DNA of 62,990 nucleotides, filler included, from Choristocarpus tenellus KU-1152 (taxonomy: Eukaryota; Protista; Phaeophyceae): assembly GCA_964200185.2 (NCBI GenBank). It is 12 parts of 12 records of this genome, joined end to end, with 100 filler letters (N's around TTAATTAATTAA, not from the genome) between each part and the next. Parts side by side here need not be neighbours in the genome. Positions count along the whole stretch, not along the records: positions 12,419 to 15,859 come from CAXNAD020019999.1; positions 15,960 to 19,798 come from CAXNAD020017636.1; positions 19,899 to 25,236 come from CAXNAD020011100.1; 9 more parts are not named here. One strand, given 5' to 3'. Of the stretch, positions 12,452 to 24,530 are shown piece by piece. The translations under genes were made by a program, and so were the position numbers. Positions within the stretch are counted from its first letter, which is position 1. The number at the start of each line of letters is the position of its first letter. The notes under the pieces were generated by a model. That model had not been told where the DNA came from. It did not search any database and saw only the letters and a list, made by a program, of their open reading frames with translations.

Positions 12452-14717
12452 GTATGCAAGTAGGGCTAGGGATATCAAGAATATTCCGCATCGAGTCATG
12501 GAGGCTAGTGCCAGACTAAAGTTGGCAGGAGAAAGAGATGACAGGGGTGACGAGGGGCGATCTCTTAGGGGAACAGTGGAGGAGATTGAGCACCTGCGTG
12601 CAAGGCTAAAGGAGACCTCCACAGTGAGTTCTTCCCGTGCGCTCTACTTTAGGAGGCAACAAATTTGGTGTTTGAAAAATGTTTTGGGGCTGTAAGGTGG
12701 TGGGAGACCATGCCTGTTTGTTCCTTGTATACCAATGCGTGCGTGCAATCTGGAGTAGCATTTGTGTGATGAACAGCGTTCGTGTGTAAAGTTGTGTAAG
12801 TGGACGGAAGTGTCTCAATGCTCTGATAGTTGCCGCCAACCCCTTCGCACGCTCTTCTTGCTCAATCCTCATTGTTGAAACGAAGAGCAAGCTAGCCAGA
12901 GTCCTAATACTAATGCATATTTCTCCATGTATCCTGTGATCACCTCCTCGATGTCATAGCATAGGAGCGCCCTTACAGCAGCCCCCTCCTCATTGCTCCC
13001 CATTGTTCCACCTGACTAGCTATGGTCACCCTCAATACAAACTTGCGGCTGTATCTGGGACAAGGGTAGTGACTCCCATTCTCCATCTTGTGCCGCTCTA
13101 TGGCCCAACTGTTGCTCTTTCCCGCCTTCCATCAGCTGTTCGTATGGCGAATCTCTGATGCTAGATATAGAATCTCGGCCTCATACAACACCTGCTTTCC
13201 TTCTGAAATATATAAATATATATATTGCTCAAGGGGCAAAGAATCTACCTGCATGCATTCGCGTGTAGAGCATTTCATTAACAATATTGCACTGCGGGGA
13301 TAGGATAGTCAACACTATCTATGACATCTCCTTAGGAAGCACACTTGTCTTGGCAGCTAGAGAGCCTGCTTCATTGTGAGTGTTTCTAACTTGAGGGGGG
13401 GGGGGGTCAACTGCCAGGGGACGAGATGAACAGCACACTGTGTGTGGTGCACTACTAGCTGAAATCAAAGAAAGAATACTCTGGGTTGAGAATATGAAAG
13501 CCAGATAGTCCGGAGAGCACGGCGAGCACAAGTTCTTCGGTTTTTGTCGGTTTTTGGCTCTTGACGTCTCACACACGTCCCCCGTACGATAGGGGTTGCG
13601 AATCAAGCCCCAAAAAAGGTGTGCTTGAGACTGAATTTGAAGTTGCCTTGGGTTGGTATTAGATATCCACCACGGTCCCTTCATCTCCTCTTCTGCATGG
13701 TAGGAGTTTGAACGTCTTCGGAGTGCAGAAACAACAGGGCACTCTGAGAAGGAGGAGCTGAGGCAGCAGCTGCACGCATTGGGTGAGAAAAATGCCAAGG
13801 AGAAGAAGCGCATGGATCACCTGCTAGAGGGGGTCATTCACGGACAGAAGGGACTTCTGGAGAGGCACAAAGCCAAATATGGGGTCCTCCAGGCAAGGAT
13901 AGGATGTAGACACGTGGGCGGGAATTTTCTTGTGCTAGTTATGTGCTTGTGCTGGTAAGTTAGTTCATTCATGGATTCACTGAGCAACGTTCTTTCAGTG
14001 TGCTCCCCGTTGGAGTTGAAGTGGGGTGAGGGTTGCCAGTGAGGTGCGGGGAGAAAGAGGTGGGAGAGGTTGACTGTTGATTGATCGATCTTATTGTTTC
14101 CACATTAATCTCCGACGAAAGATCTCAAGCATGAAGAATTCAGTCGCCCCAAGCTTGAGGACATTTTGGACATTATTTATTAACTCCAATGTATGCCACT
14201 GCATTTGATAGAAGCACCGCCTCGATCAATCGCAGTCTACCTACACTCCAATCTTGGAGTCTCATCGGTAAGTAAAGTCTAGGCAGGCACTGCCATGTTG
14301 TGCTGAGCAGTTTGCAACTGCCTCGATGTGAATCTCTCTTTCCTGTACATTCCTTCCTTCCCTGTAAACCTTCCCTGCCACTCCCCTTGCTCCAAGAAAC
14401 TGTGGGCTTGACTCCAAGTTTATGATCTATTCAAGTATCCACCTACCTGTGAACTCTATCTTTGTCAACATGTTACGGTGTTATCCTCATTCTTTGTGAA
14501 CTAATTGTCCCCCATTGATCGTAGTCGTTATTTGCAGCACACATCAGAGCATAACATTGATATTTTTTGCAAGAAATTTCTCCCCTTCCTCTTGGCTGTC
14601 TCTCAGGAGACCATGGACTCTTACGGGAAGACTATTGAGATACAAAGGGACAAAATCAGAACCTTGCAGAGCGAGAGAGAGGCGGCAGCCATATCCGCTT
14701 CAGAGGCAGCTGGGAGG
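12452..14717 (+). CDS. Kinesin-like protein, internal fragment (end of motor domain + coiled-coil stalk)
   Basis: Exons 12452-12623 (YASRARDIKNIPHRV...EEIEHLRARLKETST; YAxRAxxIKNxP is the kinesin motor C-terminal signature), 13704-13892 (coiled coil, GC donor), 14607-14717 (coiled coil). Frames are consistent. Confidence 0.8.
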
Positions 14718-15959
14718 GTGAGGCAAGCGTAGTACAGCTATTGTACAGAACTACAGACGTAGGCCCTCTTCAAAGTACACACAGCAAAGAGCTAACTTAG
14801 GGCTACCTATGTGGCCACACACCCAAAAGTATCTGACACAAACCACAGCAGGCAAGTACTCAAAGCATCGCTACAATGACAGCCTTGAGGTTCAATGCCC
14901 ATACAAATTGAGTATAAAAGGGAGTTAGAGTGAAACAAGACAACGGCCACCTTTCATTTTGCAGATGATATGTACACGATATATTTGTATGTGTGTGTGT
15001 GTCACACCAGAGTAGGCACATTAACGTCTGTGTGGGTATAATAACACCACTCAACTGACCCTTGTATTGTCTACTGTGCTGAGGATAGAGGATAGTGCAT
15101 GAAAGTGGCACCTATCCTCAAAGCATAGAAGGTAATGCAAGTGATAATTGTGGAAGTAATTGGCTCTTCTTCAAGATATACACACACGCACGAAGTTTTT
15201 GCTCTAGTTGTGCTCTTTTATAAAGGTAGTATACGGCCTTCATCGGATGAGAAACACGCGGAGAGATACCCAGCACCTACCTCAAAGGCTCTATCAGAAA
15301 GCGACAGTATCATGGCAAGTTGTACAACTCTGTGCTGGACACGACTTTAAGAGGTAGACGTGACACAGTTAGATTATGAGTGGGTGTCTGTTTTCATCGA
15401 CCCACACTGAGCAAAGCAGCCCCTTACACACCCTCTCCTGTGCCCAGGGTTATATTGGTTCGACATTTGCATTGAATAAAAAAAAAGATTATTTAAGTGT
15501 TTTGCATTGCAGTGCAGCAGGGCTATTCTTTACTCCTAGGGGGGTATTATATACTGCTTCATTTTTGTCTTCAAGAGGGAACGGTCAAGGCAAGAAGGTT
15601 CATTATTTTCAAGATCTTGCATCAAAGGGGATGAACCCTTCGGAAGAGCATAGGACGATAGTTTTAGATTAATATTTTCCTTTCACCCGTCCCCGCTAAA
15701 AGATAACAACGGGGATATGAAACCAAAAAATCGGGAAACAGTAGGTGCGAACAGGAGATAACTATTGCTGTTAATACAATATATCTGTAATGTCTCAAAG
15801 TATCTGGGGGGGGGGGGGGGGGGGCCTACACCAGGGGGTTTTTTGGGGTGCTGACCAGGNNNNNNNNNNNNNNNNNNNNNNNNNNNNNNNNNNNNNNNNN
15901 NNNTTAATTAATTAANNNNNNNNNNNNNNNNNNNNNNNNNNNNNNNNNNNNNNNNNNNN

Positions 15960-16887
15960 AGGCACTGGACCAGGATCGGGAGTTGGAACAGGGGTGTGGA
16001 TGGGGGGTGGAGGAGGGAGTAAGGGTGCAGATGATGGCCGAGGTGCAAATCTGGGTTTGGGGACAACAGTGGGGTCATCTTTGGTGCAGGAATCAGGGTT
16101 TGTCTCTGGGGCTGTGGCAGGTGGGGGGTTATCCAAGGGTGTGGGGTACGAGGAAGGGGGTGGCAGGGCTTCTGCTGGTGTTCCACAAGGGGGCAAGAAA
16201 ACAGAGGGATCTGTGAAGGGAACTACTGGGAAAGGTGCAGGTAAGGCAAAGGGCAAGACCAAGGCTAAACCAACACAGAAAGGAGATGGAAAGGCCCCAG
16301 AGCCCAAGGCAAAAGGGGGTTCTGGTCGACAGCGGAAACAAGCAAGCTCAAAAGCTGCAACAAAGGGCAAGGTGACTGGGGCCTCAGGGAATGTGACTGG
16401 TTCAGGAAAGCAGTCCTTTTGGGGTAACACACCTCACAGTTCTCAGGTAGAGACAGCAGGGGCAATCAGGTGGGATGAATTAGCTGGTATATCAACAAGT
16501 GCAGGAGTTTTAGGATTATCCCCTGCGTCATCTGCAATCCCTCCTATGGTTCGAACAATGGCCAAGGGTCAGCAGGTAAAGAGGGAGGTGCAGTTAGGTG
16601 GGGAGGGGCATGAAGGCATTGTGTTGGGGGACAATGTGCCAGTTGGTGCAGAGGACTGGGATGTTGATGCGGGAAGGCTGTTGTCAGTTGAAGAAGACCT
16701 TTGGCAACACCATGAGGTGGGTGAGGAAGTTGGAACAGACACTGCTCAGGTGAGGCTGGCAGTGCATGTAGGATCCGAAACCAAAGCATCCTCGGGGTCA
16801 GTGGAAGCAGGTAAAGGGCCTGGGCAGGGGGCACAGTTGAGGGTTGACTTGGGAAGCGCAACTCTGCAGGCAAGGCCGTTATTATGA
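15960..16887 (+). CDS. Long low-complexity Gly/Lys-rich coding exon of an unidentified gene (5' truncated)
   Basis: Open from the contig start for more than 300 codons; ends at TGA 16885-16887 or at a candidate GC donor CAG|GCAAGG at 16870. No domain recognised. Confidence 0.5.
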
Positions 16888-17149
16888 CCCACAGCAAGGG
16901 AGAAGGGCAGACTTGACTACAATTGTTACTACAGAATTATTTAAAATTATCACACATTTTGTTTGATCTTCTTAAATCTTTGCTCAGAGGTAACACAATG
17001 GAAGTCAAATATCAGATGGATTAGGAAGAAAATTGCATACACAAGGGGTTAAGGGGTTCAACCCTAAGGTGAACCACCGGTTCTGGAAGGCACCAGCATC
17101 AGTACATACCAAAGTCCAACTTGTGGAAAGTATTCAGGTCAAGGTCAAA

Positions 17150-18960
17150 CTAGCCATTCACTCACTCAAATGAAAGTCAGAAGAACATGACAATGAAGTT
17201 GAGTAGGAAAAAAGACATGCAGGAGCATGCTGCAGCTGATGCCAAAATCATAGCCAGGGTGTCGCGTCTGTGGTGAGTCTTGTTTGATGCCAATTTTGTG
17301 AATATTTTGGTCCCCATTGACAATTCCATTGACAATTTGTAGCTCGTGTACCACAGTATTCGTTTAAATTGCTCTGCAGCTTCCACTAGTAGACCAGAAA
17401 CAAAGCCACAATATAATTTGATTGAAATTACAAGTCCTACCCCTACAGTCCTTGAGCCTAAACTAACTTGCTTAAGTCTTGAGATTGACAGCATCATATA
17501 GCCTCATGTTGTTACATTGTGTTTTCCAAATACTTATGTTGGCCATTAGTCAAGTGAGAAATAAATACCGATGTTCCTTTTTCCATGGGGCAGGACCAAC
17601 CTCAAATGTACCTATCAACATTGTGGGTTCAAGAACAGCTGTGTGTGGGAAGGTAGATTAATGCTTCCCAAGGAAGGAGAAGGCAGAGGCAGCAGTTTTT
17701 TTTTCACATTTTCTTAGATCATAATATATTTCGACCCTTAGCAGTGGTGAGATATCTGATGCAAACACAGAGTCTTGACACTATGCTTAGCTAGTCTCAA
17801 CATGATAGGTAATCGATCTCTTGAACTTTTTCAATACTCAATAGATTCCAACTCTTCAATGCTTGTATAAAATCATCGAAGGTGCCACATTGGCCAACCT
17901 CTACAAATCACACTACCAATTGGCTGTTTTGATTCTATTCCAGCTCCAGTCGGCCAGCCAACCTTCTAATATATCAATCGCCACATACAGTGTCATTCAC
18001 GATAATTTTTGGACAGATCAATAGTGTTACTGTAGTAAGAGGGTTGAGCATACAAGAAGTATATCAATGGCGACATTGCTCGCCCCATCGCGCATTGGCT
18101 ACTGCTAATAATCTGAATGCAAGGTGCAAGTTGAAGCGTTAAAATCCAAATGGTATTGCCTTTTGTATTGTGCTAACACCAACATATAGTTCAGAGATGA
18201 TCATGTGCCTACAAAGTTTGGAACCACAAACAATATACGTGCCAGGTCCCTATATATTTGCATACAATCCCAAGAATCGCGCAGACTTGTGATGCAAACA
18301 ATGATGATGTAGGGTACTTTACGGTAGTCTGTTAGCAGGAAATCAAGGAATCAGGTTGACTTCGATCTTTCATGCCTCAAGGATGAAAGGTTAGTATGTC
18401 CCACTGAAGGTGGCATGGTTCCATTTGTTGAGATCGGCCAGTCTCAATCCTGGAACATACAGTAAATATTGTAATGAAAGACAGAAGTTGTGCAAGTTGT
18501 TCCAGAGAGTATTGTGGTGGGGCACTACTCAATGTAATGTCAAGCTTGATATTTGAAGGAGGCTCTAGTTTGTACTGAAATTAAGTGGAGGATCGGCAGG
18601 GCTAGAACATGAACTGTGTTAGGTATCCCCAAGCTGTAAGAAGGGACTTGTGACAGGTGTACGACAACTAGTAGTTGAGGCCATTGTGTGAGACCTTTTC
18701 TCACCTCTCAGCTAAGTAGGGGTTGGTGAGGAACACTCTTACTGAAGTTGCAACAGTGCCATGGGTATCCTTGGTCAAACCACCTGTGCTGAAATCCTCA
18801 TCTCATTGAACCTGATATTGGCAGTGATGTCACTCCCGAATATTGGTTTCTTTTCCTGGAGAGAAAGTATCCACACAACATTAGTACAATCAAAGGGAAG
18901 CAACAATGGAATGGGTGAGGTTGATCATGCGACGTGGTCCAAGCAGTTTCACTCCAAGAC
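17150..18960 (-). mobile_element. Heavily decayed Ty1/copia LTR-retrotransposon pol remnant
   Basis: Fragmentary motifs in copia order on the minus strand: post-integrase ...ITANIRFNE (cf. SRDVxFxE) ~18810, RT-like RLLAVANA ~18100 and WN motif ~17940, RNaseH-end-like IFTKLA...H ~17290; many stops and frameshifts. Confidence 0.5.
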
Positions 18961-20109
18961 AATTTCATACTTGTGTTAGAATATATGAAGGAAGGACCAG
19001 GACATTCTCCTTCTACCAATAATTTCACCCTGGTTGCGATCTTGATCTGTAGTTATTCCCCAAAATTTGGGTTCCTCTCACGTATGTATGGATACGTAAA
19101 TGTTAAACCAAGTAATTCATGTCTGTTCATCTGTGACTGTATGATACCAGTACCGACTCTTGTTCTCATACGTAGATTTGTCCACACGCTTGCACACGTT
19201 AAAAAAATCCAAGAAATATAGAAAACTCCCCAGGACTGGCTCCTTAGGTCCCTCTCACGTACACACTAATGTACAAAACCAATCTATTGCCTTCATATAT
19301 CGGTACACTGAAAACTTCGTGTAACTTTGTTTTAATTAATGGAGATCTTGCAGACAAACCTACATAGAGCTGTTTCCTCTTTCGAACTTGTCTGAAGTTT
19401 TAGTTCTATCGTTTTACACAGTGGGTATCTACACCTTATCATCCTACTTCGCCTCGTTACCAATACTTGCTCTCTCTACATGTATGTACTGAGACGTAGG
19501 CTCATATCGTCGTACATGCTTGATTCAAAATCCCAAATCCTAAATGATAAAATCTAACCAGCACCAGATCGATACAGATACCTTCTCGTCTCTCACATAT
19601 TACATGTAAAACAACCAATTCATGTCCATCCATCCATCTCCGTATCTGTCCGTACATTTCATCAAAAATTCTGATTTTTCTCTTAGAAAGTTGTTTGAGT
19701 TTGAGTTATATTATTTTTATTATTATGTACTCTGACATTTTGCAGATGTGTCAGGGGGGAAACCAATTAAAACTATATATATACATGTCGTTATTAGCNN
19801 NNNNNNNNNNNNNNNNNNNNNNNNNNNNNNNNNNNNNNNNNNTTAATTAATTAANNNNNNNNNNNNNNNNNNNNNNNNNNNNNNNNNNNNNNNNNNNNCA
19901 AATTACCCAATCTTACTTCAAGCAGATGTTATCTTCAACATGCAAAAACAACAAAAGTAACATGAATATCCTAATGTTCAAGATAGGTCACCTTCAGGGT
20001 ATACCTTCTGTGGAATGTGGCTCGCACAATATCAGAAAATTAAATTAAGAAACCAACGTACAACTCCTTTGTACGTAAATGTTGTTACCACCTTTGAAAT
20101 ATATGTAAC

Positions 20110-20720
20110 ATTTAATATTCTGAAAATTTTCGTATGTATGTGTGAGGGGAAAAGCCAAACAAATATGACAAGGACCCCTGTCAAGGAACAGGTTTGGTTT
20201 TCATCTAAGAGATACCTTCCCAGCAACTGTTTTAATTAATAGGTATATAACAACGTTTGGTGTAAGGTTGGCAACAAATGTGAATTATACAAAACTGCTA
20301 TGCCTCTAACCTAGGTTAACCCTACAAGGGTGGGCGAGGAGTCAAGGAAGTATCCCACGAATCTGTCAAGCCCCTTCTTGCCCATCTGCCCAGCGTTTCA
20401 AGTTTGAAATGTATCACGCGTCTCGAGAGAGTCACTTGTGCAGTGACGGACAACGTCTGTCATAAGCGGGACTTGACAGCCCCTTTCCTACTATATCCTC
20501 CTGCCCCTCTCCCTCCCACTGCGTTTGTGACTAACTCGTCTAACAATAATTCTGCTTGCTTCCCGAGGAGTTCTTCCTACCGCGAAGGTGTTGACATTCA
20601 AACTACAAGGGTCCAAAACAACCCTCATAGTGGGTGCACTATGAACCAGCAGCAACTACACCATTGTTGGTGGATAGTTGTGGCAGATGAGAGGCTGCTT
20701 CAACTTCTGTAAAAGCAAAA
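20110..20720 (-). mobile_element. CRE-like RLE non-LTR retrotransposon, 5'-truncated remnant
   Basis: Decayed translation EVEAASHLPQLSTNNGVVAA...NTFAV...LGKQAELLLDELVTNAVGGRGAGGYSRKGAVKSRL*QTLSVTAQVTLSRRVIHFKL; degenerate tail at 20110-20160. Confidence 0.75.
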
Positions 20721-20889
20721 TACCATTTCTTGGGACCCTCAAAATGCAACCCTGTCTACCTCTCAAATGGTTTGGGACTACAACTGTAAATACAACGGTA
20801 TTGGTGTCAACGGTAAGACACCCTCCCGAAAAGATGTACTATTACATCCATATGTATCCATGAAGGCTGTTGACTCTACAAAGTAATGT

Positions 20890-21130
20890 GCACACTACCG
20901 TGTTTCTAACCTAGCTAGAAGCCCTACGCAGGTGGACTAGAACGTTCGGCAGCATCCCAGGAAACTGATAGGTCAATTCTTGCCCATAAGCCCGTTTTCT
21001 CTAGTGTTGAAAGGCACGACGCATCTCGAGAGAGCCGATTGTGCAGTGTAACTGACACACTATGTGCCTCAAACGAGACTTTACAACCTCTTCCTGGAAT
21101 AACACAAAGCCTATCTCCTCCCTATTGGGT
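20890..21130 (-). mobile_element. CRE-like element C-terminal remnant
   Basis: VVKSRLRHIV..SVTLHNRLSRCVVPF and the ctaacctagcta post-ORF segment match the other copies. Confidence 0.55.
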
Positions 21131-21256
21131 GACTGGCCAACCCATCCAGGAAACTCTTTGCTAGGGTTAATCAAGGCACCCAAAATTTCGAGGGATGGGA
21201 ATGTTGGAAAATATGCAATACGATACAGTAGTGTCTAACATGAAGTTCATCGCACG

Positions 21257-21512
21257 GGCCCAAAGCATTTAAGAGGGTAGGGCCGAGTAGGTTCGGGTTC
21301 ATGAATCCAATGTTGAGTTTTTCATTAACTTTGGCTGTGTTTGTTAGCAAGTGTCAGTGTCCTTGCTCCGGACACACCTTTCATAGTCGTATACATTTTA
21401 TGTAACTGTGTTGGCACAGAAAACCGAGAGAGGGCATCAAAGATCCCATGGAAAGCCAAGCCCCGAACGAATAAACAGGGAAAAACTCCTACCCTCTTAA
21501 ATGCTTTGGGTC
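21257..21512 (+). mobile_element. MITE family A, variant subfamily
   Basis: TIRs gcccaaagcatttaagagggtagg / cctaccctcttaaatgctttgggtc; internal sequence homologous to 23589-23846. Confidence 0.8.
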
Positions 21513-21554
21513 AAGATATAATAACATCAGTTTTGAAAAATGGAGATCTAACCT

Positions 21555-22135
21555 ATGGGTTCTTTTGACCCTCGTAGTCTTAACATGAACAACTTCGCAG
21601 TGGAAGGTTTCTTGGGTGAGTTGGCCACACAGGCAGTAGGGGGGAGAGGGGCAGGGGAACAAGGTAAGAAAGGGACTGTCAAGTCCCATTTGAGACAGGT
21701 AATGCCCGTTTCTACAAAAGTGACTCTCTTGAGACCAGTCATATGCTTCAATCTAGAGGAAACACGTAGATGGGCAAGAGGGGGCCCGTCAGACTCTTGG
21801 GATGCTTTCCTACCTCTTTTCCCACGTTCGTAGGGTTAAGCTAGGTTTGAGGCATAGTAGTGTACATACTGTTACAACACACTCCAGTGGATTGGAGCTA
21901 TACATCCCATGGAGGTAAGCTTCTGAACTTTGCTACGACAATACTACACCATTGTAGGTTCCAACCCTTAAGGGGTAACTTTGTATTGTTAGTTTTCTAA
22001 CAATTTTCTAGAGAGAGAGAGATTTCTTTTATGTTAACGACAACTGCTACTTTGACAGGTCCTATTGTGATATTGCATCAGCTTTTCGTTGGGACATCGT
22101 CTGGAAAATGTGAGAGGGCATAATAATATAAATTA
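21555..22135 (+). mobile_element. CRE-like RLE non-LTR remnant with 3' tail
   Basis: ORF 21555-21833 GSFDPRSLNMNNFAVE...VGGRGAGEQGKKGTVKSHLRQVMPVSTKVTLLRPV; tail ...aaaatgtgagagggcataataata at ~22104-22130. Confidence 0.75.
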
Positions 22136-22149
22136 TATATTTACAATAT

Positions 22150-23500
22150 TACCATACCCTCTCACATTTTGCATGTGTGTTAGGGTAAAAACCAATAAAC
22201 ATTATTAACATGTCAGAATAACCTCCCAAAAAGTAACAGTTGTCGTAAATGTGAAAGACATTAATCGATTTACTATTTACTACCAGGTACGCTACACCTC
22301 TCCCTTTCTTTGCCTCCAACATAGCTTAGTCCTGCAACCCAAGGTTGAGGGGCTAGGGAATCATCCAACGAACCTAACAAACCCCTCCTTGCCCATCTCC
22401 CTGGAGTCTCCAGGATATATTCATGACACATCTAGGTAGGGCTACTGTTGTTGTGCTAGACACTATATATCGTAAACGGGGTTTGATAGTCCCTTTTCTA
22501 CTGTAGCCTCCTGTCCCTCCCTCTTACCATGCGCGTAGGTAATTTATCCAGAAAACTTTCCACTTGCTTGCCGAGGCGCCCAAGACTTTCCACCGCGAAG
22601 GTGTTGAGGTTATATCTACGGGGGTCAAAAGAGCCATCGTAGTGGGTGCGCTTTTGCTCCTCAGCTGCAGCAGCAGCTACACCATTGCTGGTGGATAAGT
22701 GTGGTAGATGGGAGGCTGCCAGCACTTCTGGAAAAGTAAAATCTAGAAGGAGGCATTTGTCGCGGTGGGGAGCTGATCTGGCGCCCGCAAGTGCCCCAAC
22801 ATGGTAGACCATATCCTTGCGGAAATTCCGGTCCACTGTAAATGGGCTACCGTCCTCCATAGTGCAAGGGATACCCATATTTTGCAGAGTTGACTGAGAC
22901 ACTTCACCATCGGTGCTTGTTGGCGTTGGCGTGTCCTCCTACCCTGGGGTAGGTACATGCATGTCTGATATCTACATTTTGCCTCCTGCAACCAGTCCCT
23001 GGGCACCTGTTCCATAGGGCCTCCTCTCTCCCTCGGGATCTACTGGCAATGAGTCTAAACTCTATGAGGGGGATCTGGCATGCCGGCTCCAGAGATTGTG
23101 TTGAGGGCCATGCATTTACCCCTTGTCCACACTGGCTCCTGTGGCGTGCTAGGGTTAGCGAGGAATTTTCCTTCCCTTGTCCACTTCATTAGGTAAGGCG
23201 GCCAATTGCGTCTGGAAAGATTCAAAGCGAATCCTTTTTAGGAGGTGGGTGATCTCGTGTTGTGCCCTCCTTGTGATCCTGGCATCATGGGCTGCCAAAG
23301 TGTGGACCTCTGGGGTAGGTACAGGCTATGTTGTTCCCCCTCAGTTTACCCAACCTTGGTCAATAATTTCCGTCAAATCTTCAGAAGAGACTCCTGAAGA
23401 GAGGAGGGTGTGGATGGATGATCCCAGGGCCCTTACTGTGGGGCTCACGCAAATGACTTGTAAGAAAAACTCTCCATGAGTCCCTGGTTACCTTGCTAAA
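22150..23500 (-). mobile_element. CRE-like RLE non-LTR retrotransposon remnant (zinc-finger region + restriction-like endonuclease)
   Basis: ORF 22498-22902 ...RKDMV...LLLDFTF...AAAEEQKRTHY..SF....LNTFAVESLGRLG is the PD-(D/E)xK RLE pattern; decayed HA...GG...H zinc-knuckle region upstream (~22920-22970); tail at 22150-22200. Confidence 0.8.
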
Positions 23501-23588
23501 AGGGTGGGGAAAGTAGCCACAGTGATCCTACGAAGACTGCATGTTGGCGATGCTTCATAGAGGATAGTCCCAACCCCCCCGAACTTGT

Positions 23589-23846
23589 GAGTCAAAGTAT
23601 CTTAGAGGGTAGAGCCGTGTCCGTTTGGGGTCCAAAATCCAATATTGTGATTTTCATATTATTTTGGCTATCGTGTTTGTTAGGAAGTGTCAATATCCGT
23701 GTTCCGAACAGACCTTTCCACAACGTATACATTTTACCTACTACACATTTCGAAGTAGGAAAATGTCACAAAAAAACCCGTCGGAAGCCAATCCCCAAAT
23801 GGACAAAACAGGGCAAAATTGGTACCCTCTTGAGATACTTTCACTC
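23589..23846 (+). mobile_element. MITE family A (Sola2-like)
   Basis: 258 bp; TIRs gagtcaaagtatcttagagggta / taccctcttgagatactttcactc. Confidence 0.9.
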
Positions 23847-24159
23847 AGGAGAAGATGTCAAAGGTCAATATAGAAGGTGGTTAGGCTGAGGGGGAGTAAG
23901 CAACCGTCCGTAATTCATACGTTGGTAAGTGTGTGAAACATCACCATAAATCAAAGAACACTGAACCTATACCCTGAATTTGAATCTCATGCACTGGTGA
24001 CCTTGACTGCCGAGGCAGGGTATGATAATAGGGAGTTAACGATCCTCCTTACCCTGTTTGATTCGACCGGTGGACCTCTTGGCATCGAAAAGAAGGATGG
24101 AGGGTGCAGAACAGAAAACTAGCGAAGTGGCATGGAGTCACAGTTGATGAAAGAACAGG

Positions 24160-24417
24160 GAGTGAAAGTATCTTTGAGGGTACGAATTTCGCCCTGTTCG
24201 TCCATTTGGGGCTTGGCTTCCCACGTCGATTTTGTGACATTTTCCTACTCCGAAACATTTCGGAGTAGGTAAAATATATACGTTGTGAAAAGATGTGTCC
24301 GAAACAAGGATACTGATACTTCCTAACAAACACGATAGCCAAAATTACATGAAAATCGCAACATTGGATTTTGGTCCCCAAACGGACGCGGCTCTACCCT
24401 CTAATTTACTCTGACTC
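24160..24417 (-). mobile_element. MITE family A
   Basis: Reverse-complement copy, 258 bp. Confidence 0.9.
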
Positions 24418-24470
24418 TTTACTCACCGTGAAGGTTGTTGGAGGAGAGATCAAACTTTACGACACGTCCG

Positions 24471-24530
24471 GAGTCAAAGTATCTTCGGACAAACAGGGCA
24501 AGACTTGCACCCTCTAAGATACTTTCACTC
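24471..24530 (+). mobile_element. MITE family A, 60-bp internal-deletion derivative
   Basis: gagtcaaagtatctt...cctctaagatactttcactc; flanks tccg/tctg (4-bp TSD with one change). Confidence 0.8.

Noticed and set aside
4321-14717. SH3-array, Agd3-like and kinesin genes as a functional cluster
   Set aside because: They lie on different contigs joined by artificial spacers; linkage is unsupported.
15912-16430. Proline-rich minus-strand ORF
   Set aside because: Antisense shadow of the longer G-rich plus-strand ORF; the minus frames close upstream.
23587-24381. Recurrent small ORFs (MGSKIQYCDFH..., MLGSVNILVPDT...) as a multigene peptide family
   Set aside because: They are translations of MITE family A copies with inconsistent frames and stops.
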